Part shown: one piece after another, positions 8,450-18,442 of the stretch
How the letters are laid out: every line of letters starts with the position of its first letter
Numbering within the stretch: position 1 is the stretch's first letter
DNA from: a virus
Length of the DNA: 64,000 nt
Virus record (IMG/VR): IMGVR_UViG_3300042090_003221
Coordinates: 1 to 64,000 of that record
Direction: 5' to 3' (one strand)
Notes under the pieces: model-generated
What the model was told of the DNA's origin: nothing
Seen by the model: the letters and a program-made list of their open reading frames with translations, nothing else
The model's database searches: none
Made by a program: the position numbers and the translations under genes

Positions 8450-8667
8450 GCGGGCGGCGCGCCGTGCGGCCAAATCCAGAGCGCGACACCGACGCTGATC
8501 GCGAGGGTGAGCACGAGGCCGCCAGCGCGCATTATGCGGAGCCCCTCGACGTGCTCCCGCTCGCCGAGATCGCCGCCGACGAGTCGGGCGCCGAAGGATT
8601 CGAGGAAGCCGCACCCGATCACAAACACGGCCGCGAAGACGAGCAGGATGAGCAGGGCCGTATTCAT
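8446..8667 (-). CDS. Small two-TM membrane protein (holin candidate)
   Basis: Two TM helices; directly downstream of the endolysin. Confidence 0.6.
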   Translation of the reverse strand: MNTALLILLVFAAVFVIGCGFLESFGARLVGGDLGEREHVEGLRIMRAGGLVLTLAISVGVALWIWPHGAPPA

Positions 8668-9515
8668 GCGGAGGCCATCGCGGCGTCGATCGCCGTCCAG
8701 CTTTCCGGCCCGATTTGACCGTCGATGTCGCAGCCATGCGCGGCCTGGAAGCGCTTGAGCGCCGCGGTCGTCAGCTCGCCGAAGCGGCCATCGACGAGCA
8801 GGCCCGCGTTGGTGAGCTTGTTGAGGTCGGCCTGCAGCGCCGCGACCGAGTGCTGAGTGAAGCCGCTCGGCGTCGGGTGCGCGTGGGTGTCGCCGGGCTC
8901 GCAGCGCGGCGCGCCGCCGTGGCTCGGCGCGGGCGTGACGTCCGGCGCCGCGACGACCTCATGCGGCGCGGGGAGCCCGTATAGAGCGAAGGCCGGAAGG
9001 CTCGCCAGCTTGCCGATGTCCTCGTAGGCGCCCTGCGTGTATTTCACGAGCGTCGCCCACGTCGACCCGTTGGGGTCGCCGACGTCCATGTGACCGCCGC
9101 CGGCCCTGCCGAGGTGGCGGTGGCTGACGATTCCGCGGCCCAGGCCGCCGGGGGCGAGGACGGGCGGGATATTGTAGGCGCGGCAGACCCACGCACCGAT
9201 CGTCGCGGCGAGCTGCAAGCGCGTGTCGGGCAGCTTGTCGGCGTAGCCGGGGATTTCGAGCGAGATCCCCGCCGAATTGAACGCGCACTGCGCCCAGGCC
9301 TTGTATTGCAGCGGCACGAGCTGCGAGAGCTCATTCGAGCTGTCCGTGCCCATGGCGAGATGCGGCGCCGCCTTCGCGCGCGGGTCGCACAACCAAGCGA
9401 GCGAAGGGTCAGCCTCGCCCTCCTCGTCATGATAGATGAACAGATCGTGCCGGATTGGCGTCGGCGTATAATTCGGCGTCGGCCGCTGAATAACGCGCGG
9501 GAGCAACAGGCCCAT
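8664..9515 (-). CDS. Endolysin: N-acetylmuramoyl-L-alanine amidase plus peptidoglycan-binding domain
   Basis: IYHDEEG, APHL, KAWAQ..FNS..ISLE, SHRHL..H.D; C-terminal VDGRFG..T..ALKRFQ...DGQIGPESW. Confidence 0.88.
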   Translation of the reverse strand: MGLLLPRVIQRPTPNYTPTPIRHDLFIYHDEEGEADPSLAWLCDPRAKAAPHLAMGTDSSNELSQLVPLQYKAWAQCAFNSAGISLEIPGYADKLPDTRLQLAATIGAWVCRAYNIPPVLAPGGLGRGIVSHRHLGRAGGGHMDVGDPNGSTWATLVKYTQGAYEDIGKLASLPAFALYGLPAPHEVVAAPDVTPAPSHGGAPRCEPGDTHAHPTPSGFTQHSVAALQADLNKLTNAGLLVDGRFGELTTAALKRFQAAHGCDIDGQIGPESWTAIDAAMASA

Positions 9516-9537
9516 TTTAACCTCCAGATTGTGGGAT

Positions 9538-10017
9538 TCAGAGCAGCCCGGCAGCCATCAGGTCAGCAGCGCCGATCGGGGCCGCGAAGCCGTTGGCCTG
9601 CCACCATGGAATCGATGGCTGCGCGAGGGCGAGCAACCCAGCGCCGATTGACGAGCTGACGCCGGTGCGTGCGTCGCCCTCGAGCGCCGTAACGAATCCC
9701 GCCATTCGTGAGAAAAGCGAGCTATCCGACGTAGCGAACGTCGGATAACTCGCGTCGGTCAGGATGAGAGCGAGATACTGCGCTGCTTGGATGGCTTGCG
9801 GAGGCGCCCCCGCAGGGGGAGAAGCCGCGTAGGCTTCGATAGACGCAAGAGCGCCTGCGCCCATCAGGTACGACGACACGGATGAGGTCGTGACGTCCTG
9901 AAGCGGGCCGGGCGACGTGCGCGCGTTGAGGGAGACAAGGCGATCGGCGAGAGAGGAGCCCGCGAGGGCTCCCCACGCGCCGCCCCATGCCTGGGCTAGG
10001 GCGGCGTGGTTTGCCAT
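9538..10017 (-). CDS. Hypothetical protein (fibre-associated)
   Basis: TGATG coupling; begins MANHAALAQAW. Confidence 0.65.
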   Translation of the reverse strand: MANHAALAQAWGGAWGALAGSSLADRLVSLNARTSPGPLQDVTTSSVSSYLMGAGALASIEAYAASPPAGAPPQAIQAAQYLALILTDASYPTFATSDSSLFSRMAGFVTALEGDARTGVSSSIGAGLLALAQPSIPWWQANGFAAPIGAADLMAAGLL

Positions 10018-10676
10018 CAGACCGGAACTTCGGCCCACATGATGGAGGCGTCGATGCCTGCGGTTGCGAGCGCGTTGGCGGCGCCGAAAGCCATATAGGA
10101 GCCCGGCGAGATAATCAGCGCGCCCTTGATGTCGTCGATGAACGACGCCGCGTTCAAGCCCGCGGTCGTGGTCACGTTGCCGACGCTGAAAGACGAGCGG
10201 CGCAACGTCGAAGCAAGCGCGCCGGTGTTCGCGGTGTTGACCATGCCCCAAGCGACAGAGCCCGTGTTCGCCTGCGAATAGGCGTTGGCCGCGGGGGTCT
10301 GCGTTCCCGAGACGGCGACGCCGCCCTGGTTGACTCCGAACCAGTTAAAAGCCAGCGCGGCCGCCGTGGCGCCAGTGGTGCGGATGCCGAGCGAGGCGAG
10401 GAGCAGGACCAAGTCCTTGCCGGAGTTGGCCGGGTTGTAGAGGCCGAGAATCGGCGTGCCCGCGGTGCCGCCGGAGAACGCCGTGAGCGTCGCCAAGCCG
10501 AGGGCGGCGAGCGAGAACACGACGCCCGACTTCGCAAGCGAATAATACTGAGGCAGCGCCTCGGAGACGACAAGCTCGCCGAGGATGCCGGCGGGCGAGC
10601 TGAGGATCTGGCCAGGGGGGCGCGACGTCGGGAGAAGTCCGCTGGCCGGGGGCGAGGCGGGCTGAAGAGTGGCCAT
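10017..10676 (-). CDS. Putative virion protein (beta-rich)
   Basis: LYNPANSGKDLV...II.PG...WAEVP pattern typical of phage structural proteins. Confidence 0.7.
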   Translation of the reverse strand: MATLQPASPPASGLLPTSRPPGQILSSPAGILGELVVSEALPQYYSLAKSGVVFSLAALGLATLTAFSGGTAGTPILGLYNPANSGKDLVLLLASLGIRTTGATAAALAFNWFGVNQGGVAVSGTQTPAANAYSQANTGSVAWGMVNTANTGALASTLRRSSFSVGNVTTTAGLNAASFIDDIKGALIISPGSYMAFGAANALATAGIDASIMWAEVPV

Positions 10677-10687
10677 AAGTTAAGCTC

Positions 10688-12379
10688 CTAGTTGAGCGAG
10701 GGAAGGTTCATTGCATCGGCGATGAGCTGTTCGGCGTCATCGCTGATTCCCAACTCGATACGCGCGCGTTCGAGCTCGATTTGCAGGCGGACCTTTTCGA
10801 CCGCGAGCAACTGGTTGAGGAGCTCGGCGACGGACGGTCCCGCCGCCGTGCCAGCCTCCTGCGAAATCATGGTCGAGCCCTGCGGCGACAACAGATTGCG
10901 CTGCGCGCGACCCTGAGTGTCTCCGCCGCCAACCATGACCGGATTGATTGTTGAGAGCGTAGCGCTAAGCGATGCCGCCGCGGTCGTGTAAGGGGTATAG
11001 CTGACGTTGTAGTTGCCGAACGACCAGCCGGGTGGCAACACGCCAGCGCCGATCAGGTTTCCGTTGACGTCGGTCTGGAAACGGCGGGTGAGACCGCCGG
11101 TGTCCTGCCCGGATACGGAAACCGGGAAGGAGGTCGTGGCGGCGCCTACAGCTGTGGATCCAACCGTAGCTGCAGCGACCTGTATCGCCGCGGATCTCAG
11201 GTAAACGATTCCCGATGCCTGGGAGCCATTCGAGTATATCCTGAGATACCGGGCCATGACGGGGAAGGTGTAGTTCCCCGTGACCTGAGCGATAGCCATT
11301 GAAGCTGGGGGGCCGGAAGTGCCGGTGCCCAAAAAACCGAAGTAACTTCCCCAGCTCTGCTTATCGTTGGAGTAATATGCCGAAATGGGAACGCTGCTTG
11401 TAGTGATATTGACAGACGAATACCCGGCGGTGTCGATTAGGATCGACGCGTTTGCGGGGAGGGGGCCGTAGGGAATCGCCATCGGCGCGTCTGAGGGGAT
11501 AGACGCGCCGTTGATATCGGCCAGCGGCCCGTTGATCAGCCTCACGCTCGCCGCTTCGCCCGAGCTGGGGTCCATCAGTCGCTCGACGAGGTCGACGCCC
11601 GCGAAGTCGCCGTCGGGGTTGCCGACAAGGCGCGCCTGGAGTGGGGTCGCCGCCTCCGGTTGCTGCGCGTTCATCACGGCGTTGGCGAGCGCGGCGAGGT
11701 TCCCGCCCGCCTCCTGCGCGCCGTTCGAGAGCGAGAACGCACCAGAGACAGGAATCGGGACGCCGGACGCATTGCCCTGGACTGTGACCGCGGCCGTCTG
11801 CGGTGTCCCTGGGGCGCTCTGAACGTTGGTCAGATGCGCGTCCTGCGCGAGCGAGGACGGCGCGGAAAGCACATTGGCGTTGACGCCGGCGACGTTGCCG
11901 GACGGCGCGGTCCCCCAGGAGGTCGCGGCGCCGAGCGTGGCTCCGCCCCATTTGGTGATCGCGGCCGTCAGAGTCCCGGCGAGCAGCGCGTAAACGCCCT
12001 TCGCCGCGGCGATGATCGAGGACGTGCCCGAGCCGCCATAGGCGGTGTCAGCGGTCGTCCCCGCAGCCGCGGCGACGGCGGCAAGATTGCCGCCGGTTTC
12101 CTGGGCGAGGCCGGCGGTATTGGCAGCGACGGTTGCGAGGCTCGACGCCGCGGCGGCGAGGTTGCCGCCAGCCTCCTGCGCGGCTCCGGCGGGCAACGGC
12201 AAGCTCGTCGCGCTGACCGGCATCGTGCCGCCGGAAACGATGGCCTCCGGAGACGAGTCCGCCCCGCCGCCAAGGTCGAGCAAGACGACTTGCGTTTTCG
12301 CGCCGCCGGTCGCCGTCTTGGCGGCGGTGCGGATCTGATCGCCGCCCAATCCAACGTTAAGTGTCGTGTTGTCGGTCAT
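10688..12379 (-). CDS. Putative fibre/virion protein
   Basis: MTDN..LN.G.GGD start; repeated AQE(A/T)GGNLAA; PLPAGAA; ARYLRI. Confidence 0.75.
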   Translation of the reverse strand: MTDNTTLNVGLGGDQIRTAAKTATGGAKTQVVLLDLGGGADSSPEAIVSGGTMPVSATSLPLPAGAAQEAGGNLAAAASSLATVAANTAGLAQETGGNLAAVAAAAGTTADTAYGGSGTSSIIAAAKGVYALLAGTLTAAITKWGGATLGAATSWGTAPSGNVAGVNANVLSAPSSLAQDAHLTNVQSAPGTPQTAAVTVQGNASGVPIPVSGAFSLSNGAQEAGGNLAALANAVMNAQQPEAATPLQARLVGNPDGDFAGVDLVERLMDPSSGEAASVRLINGPLADINGASIPSDAPMAIPYGPLPANASILIDTAGYSSVNITTSSVPISAYYSNDKQSWGSYFGFLGTGTSGPPASMAIAQVTGNYTFPVMARYLRIYSNGSQASGIVYLRSAAIQVAAATVGSTAVGAATTSFPVSVSGQDTGGLTRRFQTDVNGNLIGAGVLPPGWSFGNYNVSYTPYTTAAASLSATLSTINPVMVGGGDTQGRAQRNLLSPQGSTMISQEAGTAAGPSVAELLNQLLAVEKVRLQIELERARIELGISDDAEQLIADAMNLPSLN

Positions 12380-12382
12380 GGT

Positions 12383-12859
12383 CTAGATCTGCGCTTGAGC
12401 GGTGATATGGGCGTAGAGCGAAATCGTTGCCCCGCCCGCGGTTCCGCATGTGAGCGTGAGGCGATAGATGACGCCCGGAATCCAGCCCGGGCCTGCCGTT
12501 TGGGTCACAACAGTTCCAGCAATCGTGGCGGGGCCGTATAGGAGGCCGGCCGCGTCGTCGTCCGTTCCGACGTAGGCGGCGAGGGCGGAGCCCAGGATCG
12601 AGGTGAGCGAGTCCCCGGCAGGGATCTGCGCCGCAAAATCGATGCTGAACGGGAGGCGTTCAGGCGGATCAACTGACGAAAAGCTGCCGACGACGGGCAT
12701 ATAGGTGGCCTTGAGCGAGAGAATGCGCGGCTGCGCTGTGATGAGGACGGCTCGCTGAGGCGCGGGGATGAAGACGTTTCGCTGCAATGCGATGAGTAGG
12801 CGCGCGGGAGCGATTATTGCAGCCGGCCCGACCTGCAGGTTGAGCTGGAATAGGAGCAT
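12383..12859 (-). CDS. Fibre-tail adaptor-like protein
   Basis: DP.E..PFSIDF...GDSL; G..YRLT...T..G pattern. Confidence 0.6.
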   Translation of the reverse strand: MLLFQLNLQVGPAAIIAPARLLIALQRNVFIPAPQRAVLITAQPRILSLKATYMPVVGSFSSVDPPERLPFSIDFAAQIPAGDSLTSILGSALAAYVGTDDDAAGLLYGPATIAGTVVTQTAGPGWIPGVIYRLTLTCGTAGGATISLYAHITAQAQI

Positions 12860-12896
12860 GAGAGCGCCTTCAGGGAGCCCGGCTCATCGAGGCGCC

Positions 12897-13400
12897 TTAT
12901 GTGTGGATGAAGGCGCTGACCGAGCGCAGCGAAATCACCGCGCGAGAAACGCGATGCGACCAGTTGCCGCTAACCATCACAACGCGACCGCGGTCCCACC
13001 CGGCGAAAAAGCCAACATGCGAGGCTCCGTGCCGACCGCCAAGAACGATCAGGTCGCCGGGTTTCGGGTTGCTCGTGCGCGGCCCATAGGAGAGAGCTGA
13101 CGCCGCCGTACGGTTCGCAAGCGGGCGATGGCCGGTCTTCTTGAGAACCATCGCGGCGAAATCGGCGCACCAGGGGCCGCGCGTACCCGCGACGTTGCCA
13201 GCGCCCAGGAATCGCATCGCTAAACTGATGATTCCGGACCCGAAGCGCAGCGCGCGGCCGCCGTCGTCGGTCACGGGCAGGACGCGCGGCGCGGGTGGAT
13301 CATCAAACAAGGTCCAATAATGCCGCGGAGCCGCCGCCGCCGACCCAGCGAGGGCGAAGAAAAGCGCGCATGCGAGCGCGTGGCGCGGGATGCGCGACAT
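12897..13400 (-). CDS. Exported CHAP/NlpC-P60-type peptidase (TIGR02594-like)
   Basis: Signal peptide; PWCADF, PKPGDL, HVGF, SGN. Confidence 0.82.
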   Translation of the reverse strand: MSRIPRHALACALFFALAGSAAAAPRHYWTLFDDPPAPRVLPVTDDGGRALRFGSGIISLAMRFLGAGNVAGTRGPWCADFAAMVLKKTGHRPLANRTAASALSYGPRTSNPKPGDLIVLGGRHGASHVGFFAGWDRGRVVMVSGNWSHRVSRAVISLRSVSAFIHT

Positions 13401-13468
13401 GAAATCTCCTCTTGAGGTTTAGGGGAACGTGGCGGACGCTGCAGGAAGCAGTCCAACCATGAGCCTGA

Positions 13469-14470
13469 TCACATGACCATGTAGTTGCCGGCGCCGTCGC
13501 ATCGCAGGCGCACGGCGCCTTTGGCGGTCGAGATCACGTAAGTCGCAGCGCCTTCGATCGTGCCGGACGTTGGCGTAATGGTGATATTATAGGTTGCGGC
13601 CGTTCCCTGCTCGTCTTTGACAAAGATATCGGCGCGAACGGACGTCGAGCACGCGGGAATGCTCTCAGCTTTCGCGGCGGCGGTCACCGAAGCCCATACG
13701 ATCGTCTGATCGTTAGCCCCAGCCGCGTCGGAGGATCCTGTCGTGATCCGTCGGGCCGTCGACGCCAGCGGCGTGGTCAGCCCGTTCAGCGACGTGATGT
13801 CGCCGTTGGCGCCACTCTGGGCAGCCGACATATTGGCGCGCCCGCCGCTGGCCGTGGTTGCGCCCGTGCCGCCCTCGGCGATCGGAAGCGCGGTCGTCAG
13901 CCCGTTTAGCGCCGTGATGTCACTGTTCGATCCGCTTTGGGCCGCGGACAGGTTGGAACGCGCGGTCGGCGCGGTCGTAGCGCCCGTGCCGCCTTCGGTG
14001 ACGGGAAGCGCCGTCGTCAGGCCGGAGATCTGAGTGATGTCGCTGTTCGCGCCACTCTGGGCCGCCGATAGGTCGGCGCGTGCGGCGCTCGCCGTGGTCG
14101 CGCCCGTGCCGCCCTCGGTGACGGAGTAGGGCGTGCTGACGGTCGCTGAAGGGGTAGTGCTCACCCCGGGCGTCACGATCGCAGCGCTGGGAGTCGACCC
14201 GGCCGCTTCCGCCCAGACATGGCGGTAGCCAACGATCGCCTCCGGGGCGTCGCCGGGGTAAAGAATCGCGCCCGCGGACGTTGCGCGCGGCTGGCTGTCC
14301 GAAATCTGATAGGACAGCGCCCTTCCGGACGCCTGGATCGTCATCGGCCCGGCTCCGAGGTCTTGGTAGACCCTAGTCAGCGTGACCGTGGAGCTTCCCG
14401 CCGAGGCCGCGCTAGTGAACGCGACGAGCAGCGCGCAAGCAGAAATGAGACACAGCGAGCGCGGATCCAT
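13469..14470 (-). CDS. Fibre-like repeat protein with N-terminal signal peptide
   Basis: MDPRSLCLISACALLVAFTSAASA; three GGTGATTA repeats; VKDE.G.A....ITI C-terminal domain. Confidence 0.75.
   Translation of the reverse strand: MDPRSLCLISACALLVAFTSAASAGSSTVTLTRVYQDLGAGPMTIQASGRALSYQISDSQPRATSAGAILYPGDAPEAIVGYRHVWAEAAGSTPSAAIVTPGVSTTPSATVSTPYSVTEGGTGATTASAARADLSAAQSGANSDITQISGLTTALPVTEGGTGATTAPTARSNLSAAQSGSNSDITALNGLTTALPIAEGGTGATTASGGRANMSAAQSGANGDITSLNGLTTPLASTARRITTGSSDAAGANDQTIVWASVTAAAKAESIPACSTSVRADIFVKDEQGTAATYNITITPTSGTIEGAATYVISTAKGAVRLRCDGAGNYMVM
13765..14125 (-). repeat. Three tandem 120-bp coding repeats (40 aa)
   Basis: CGCCCGTGCCGCC recurs at 13861, 13981 and 14101. Confidence 0.9.
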
Positions 14471-14546
14471 ATTGCGGCTCCTTTGGATATTGATCAAGAG
14501 ATAGTCGCGGTCGCGGCGGCCCGCGCATCGAGCGGCGGTTCGGACA

Positions 14547-14954
14547 TTAGCTCGGCGCCTGACCAGCGAGAATGGCGGCAACGCGGGCGCTTGCGATGGC
14601 GCCCGAAATTGCGAGATAGTTGACACCGGAAATGACGTCCGAATTCGTCAACTGGAGGGCTCCCGCGCCTGACGCCATCAAACAGAACAGGCGGACCCTC
14701 GGATCCGTCGAGTTCATAATCGCGGTTTGCTCGGACGTGGAGAACAGGTCCATGAACTCGAAGAAGCTCCAGTCCACTTTCGGCGCCACATAGACGCCGG
14801 GCGCGTGCGCGTTGATCGAGGCGAGGGCGACGGCCTCGGCCGTTCCCGCCGGAAACGAGACGCTGAGGCCTGGGAGGGCGTAAACGTCGCTCCCATCGGA
14901 GTCTGTTGAGATTGTGACTGTGCGCCCGAATGCGTCCGTGATCGTGCTCATCAA
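14547..14954 (-). CDS. Fibre-associated/assembly protein
   Basis: EFMDLFSTSEQ..I...R...IL pattern; follows the fibre gene. Confidence 0.7.
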   Translation of the reverse strand: MMSTITDAFGRTVTISTDSDGSDVYALPGLSVSFPAGTAEAVALASINAHAPGVYVAPKVDWSFFEFMDLFSTSEQTAIMNSTDPRVRLFCLMASGAGALQLTNSDVISGVNYLAISGAIASARVAAILAGQAPS

Positions 14955-17434
14955 AGGCTCGCTTGATTGGTTCCACCAGCTCCGCCGCCGCCACCGACAA
15001 GCGTGCTGTTTGCTGATCCGGCTCCGCCGGCGTTGTATGGCGCCGTCACTGTGATCGCGGAGGCCGCGACATTGATGGTCGTGATCACGCCCGACGCGCC
15101 GCCGCTTCCGCCATAACCTCCGCGGCCTCCCGATGAGACGTATCCGTTTCCGCCCGTCCCGCCGCCGCCGCCGCTGGCCTGCATCGCATTGGTCGCAGCT
15201 GTCCCTGTGAGGAACCGATAGACAAGATAGATCATCCCACCCGCGCCGCCGCCGCCGGCTCCGCCGCCGCCCGTGGTCTGTCCTGATGTTCCAGCCGCGC
15301 CGTTGCCACCGATTCCGCCGGCGGCCTGCATGGCGTTGGCTGCAGTTGACGAGCTGCGATTGATGGTGCGCGCGAAGACGGCGAGCACGCCTCCTCCGGC
15401 CCCTCCAGATCCACCGCCGCCTCCGCCGTATGTGGAGAATCCAGCGCCCCCGCCTCCGCCTCCGCCGCTCTGTCCGCCCGAGACGATGTTCGGAGAACTG
15501 AAGTCGGCTGACAGGTAACGCAGTGGAACGAGCGTCGGCGCAGCTGCGCTCCCGCCGTTTCCGCCAGGGTTAACGGCGGAGGCCCCGCCCGCACCGCCGG
15601 ATCCGCCAGCTCCAGCCTGCCCGCCGAAAACATAGATCGACGAGACCGAGCCGCCATTGTCGGGCAACGTAACGCCGTTGTAGTAGTTGCCGCCGCCCTT
15701 GCCGCTCGCCGTCGGTGCCGCCGTGTCGCCGCTGGGAGAAGATACTGAAGACGACTGGCTTACACTGCCGCTAGCGACGTTTCCGACGTTTCCGACGACG
15801 CCGTTGCATGTCAGCGCGCCCGCGCCCGCGGCCGAAATGTCCAGTGTCCCCCGGACGAAAGCCCGGAATCCCGCCGTGTTGACGACGCCGGTCCCCGAGA
15901 TCGTCAGGTTGTTGTAAAACATATCGCGGGTGAGCGTCGTCGTTCCCGACGAAACCGTAACTGTGCCGTCGGAACCGTCGCCGAATAGCATCAAGTCGAG
16001 GTTGTCGCCGCTCGCCGCTAGCGCAGCGCCGCTCGCGCGCTGATAAAAATACACGGTCCAGTTACCGGACCCATTCGCAACCGCGAGACAAGTGTCGCCG
16101 GGCGCTGTCGTGATATTCGCACCGCCGGGCAGCGCCAGCGCTCCCGAATTCGTCAGCGTCAGCGCGCCGCTAAACAAGACCCACGCGAAGCCGCCGGCGA
16201 CCGCTGTGGCGCCGAACGACGTGACGGCCGTGGTTCCCGTGATGGTGACGTCGTTCGAGGTCTGCGCGCCGAGATCGACGGTTGCGGCCGAGGCGACGCT
16301 CGCCGGCGCGGTCCAGCTCACGGGGCCGGAGAAGTGGCCGCCGGCGGCTGCGATGCCGCCCAAAACCGCGAGCGCAGCCGCAGAGGTCGCTGAGGTCAGG
16401 AGCGACTTTCCGACCGCCGAAGCGTCGCTGATGTCGGTCGAGGCGATGCCAAGCGCGGTCTTCTGGAGCGCCGCGGTCGCCGCGGTAAGGAGCGCGCGGC
16501 CCGGCGCCGTCGAATCCGTGAGATCGGTCGAGGCGACGGTCACAGCCCCGGTGCGGCCGGCGACGCTCAAGACCTCAGCCGAGGTCCCATCGAGCTTGCG
16601 CCAGACCGTGCCGTCATAGACCGCCCAATCGCCGACAACCCACGACGAGATGCCGTTTAGCGAGGTCGAGCCGGCATTCGATACGACGTAAGCATAGCCC
16701 TTCGTGCCCGTGGAGGACGTCAGCGTCGGCGAATTGCCCGAGGCGTCCCAATTGCCCTGGAGCGCGACCAAGCCAGCTGATGTCGGGATCTGCCCGGCCG
16801 GAACCTTGCCGGAGCCGTCAAGGCCGGCGTAGCCGTTCGCGGCGCCCTTATTCGACTGGACCTCGACGCCCGTGACGACGCCCGTGAGGCCATTGACGGA
16901 GGCCACCGGGCCGCCCGCGATGGAAGCGACCGAGCCGGCCGCGGCGGTTGCTGACGCTGCGGCGTTTGTCGCGCTCGTCGACGCCGCGCTCGCGGAACCT
17001 GCGGCGCCGGAGGCGCTTGTTGACGCCCCGGACGCGCTCGTCGACGCCGCGCCAGCGGACGCCGCCGCCCCGGTGGCGGAAGCCGCCGCCGCTGCCGCTT
17101 GGGCCGTAGCCGTGGAGGCGTAGGTGCTCGCCTGCGAGACGAAGGGGACGACCTGCCCGTTGATCAGGCCGGAAATGACGCTCTGGACGCCGTTCACGAC
17201 CTGGAGCTGCTGCTCGGTCTGCGCTGCCGACGTCGCCGCCTGGGCGGCGCTTTGAGCTGCGGCCGCCAGCGCTGCCGTCGCGGCGACCGCGCCCGCGGCA
17301 GCCGCCGCGGCGCTGGTGGCCGCGGCCGTCGAGGCGCTCGCGGCCGTGTTCGACGACGACGCCGCGCTCCCCGCGTAGGTCGACGCGGCGTTAATCGCGT
17401 CCTGAAGTGTTGGGGTGATCGGGCTGCCGCTCAT
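14951..17434 (-). CDS. Tail fibre protein (Ala/Ser-rich stalk, Gly-rich C-terminus)
   Basis: VASVNGLTG, KGAANGYAGLD, GNWDAS.N.PTL, FGDGSDG, poly-Gly. Confidence 0.85.
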   Translation of the reverse strand: MSGSPITPTLQDAINAASTYAGSAASSSNTAASASTAAATSAAAAAAGAVAATAALAAAAQSAAQAATSAAQTEQQLQVVNGVQSVISGLINGQVVPFVSQASTYASTATAQAAAAAASATGAAASAGAASTSASGASTSASGAAGSASAASTSATNAAASATAAAGSVASIAGGPVASVNGLTGVVTGVEVQSNKGAANGYAGLDGSGKVPAGQIPTSAGLVALQGNWDASGNSPTLTSSTGTKGYAYVVSNAGSTSLNGISSWVVGDWAVYDGTVWRKLDGTSAEVLSVAGRTGAVTVASTDLTDSTAPGRALLTAATAALQKTALGIASTDISDASAVGKSLLTSATSAAALAVLGGIAAAGGHFSGPVSWTAPASVASAATVDLGAQTSNDVTITGTTAVTSFGATAVAGGFAWVLFSGALTLTNSGALALPGGANITTAPGDTCLAVANGSGNWTVYFYQRASGAALAASGDNLDLMLFGDGSDGTVTVSSGTTTLTRDMFYNNLTISGTGVVNTAGFRAFVRGTLDISAAGAGALTCNGVVGNVGNVASGSVSQSSSVSSPSGDTAAPTASGKGGGNYYNGVTLPDNGGSVSSIYVFGGQAGAGGSGGAGGASAVNPGGNGGSAAAPTLVPLRYLSADFSSPNIVSGGQSGGGGGGGAGFSTYGGGGGGSGGAGGGVLAVFARTINRSSSTAANAMQAAGGIGGNGAAGTSGQTTGGGGAGGGGAGGMIYLVYRFLTGTAATNAMQASGGGGGTGGNGYVSSGGRGGYGGSGGASGVITTINVAASAITVTAPYNAGGAGSANSTLVGGGGGAGGTNQASL

Positions 17435-18438
17435 TCGTCGTTCGTCACTTCAAGAGTCGCGGTGAAGATTTCGGCATTGCCGGGCGTATAGGCGGCGGCG
17501 GCGCTCAAAAGCCCATAAATCGTGACCTGCGAGCTGCCGGGCTGGAACATGACGTCGGTGCCAACGGCAGGCGCGCCGAAGCCCACGGAACCGTCGCTGA
17601 AGGCCGAGGTGATCGTCACCGGAATTTCCGCGACATAGCCCAAGGACTGGTTGGTTAGCCAAACTCCACCGTCGCCGTTCGCGCAGCCGGGAGACACGGT
17701 GTAGAGGCGCAGAACAAACTGCGCGTTGGTCAAGGTCGCCGTCGACTTCTGAAGTCGGACGCGCTTCAGGCGGCACGCGAGCCCGTTCGAACGGGTGACC
17801 GTGAAAATCATCGGCGCAACCGAGCCGGAAGATATACTGTTGGCGACCAGCGTGCCGGCTGAGTAAGCCGTCGTGTTTCCCGGGCGCGTAAAGGCCGCCT
17901 GCGCAATCGTGTCTCCAGGGAGCGAGACCTGGAGAAGACTGTTTGCGTTCGGAAGCAGAGAACCAAGCCAGCGCAACAGCCCCATGATGCCCGAGGACGA
18001 GCCCGGCAGCGACGGCGCCGCGGATCCGATCGTTCCGAGCGCGGTGTTCGTGGACTGGACGCTGGTATCCTGCGCAAGCCCGGACGCTTGGGCGTCGACC
18101 GCGACCGGAAGCGAGTTGGAGGCCGAAACGAGCTGCCCATTGTAGGCGACAGCGACGTTCTGCACCGCCGCCGACGTCGCCTGATCGCTGTCATCATAGA
18201 TGATCATCAGCGAATCCGTGGCCGCGCAATTCACGAGCGGGCCTTCGAGCGTCAGCGTGGTTCCCGCGATCAGCGAGTACCCGAGTCCAGGCGCCCCAGC
18301 CGCGTAGACGATGACGGACGCGGTGACGTCGACGATGGCGAACAGCTTGCGGATATCGAAATTCGGGATCCCCGCGAGATTGATCGTATTCAGGAGCGGC
18401 GAAAACGTGTTCCCGCTGTAGGTGACTGCGCGCTTCAT
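17431..18438 (-). CDS. Putative virion/fibre protein
   Basis: FTRPGNTTAYSAG motif; beta-rich. Confidence 0.72.
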   Translation of the reverse strand: MKRAVTYSGNTFSPLLNTINLAGIPNFDIRKLFAIVDVTASVIVYAAGAPGLGYSLIAGTTLTLEGPLVNCAATDSLMIIYDDSDQATSAAVQNVAVAYNGQLVSASNSLPVAVDAQASGLAQDTSVQSTNTALGTIGSAAPSLPGSSSGIMGLLRWLGSLLPNANSLLQVSLPGDTIAQAAFTRPGNTTAYSAGTLVANSISSGSVAPMIFTVTRSNGLACRLKRVRLQKSTATLTNAQFVLRLYTVSPGCANGDGGVWLTNQSLGYVAEIPVTITSAFSDGSVGFGAPAVGTDVMFQPGSSQVTIYGLLSAAAAYTPGNAEIFTATLEVTNDE

Positions 18439-18442
18439 GAGG

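Noticed and set aside
13765-14125. 120-bp repeats as a DGR template/variable pair or array
   Set aside because: In-frame tandem coding repeats; no reverse transcriptase in the window
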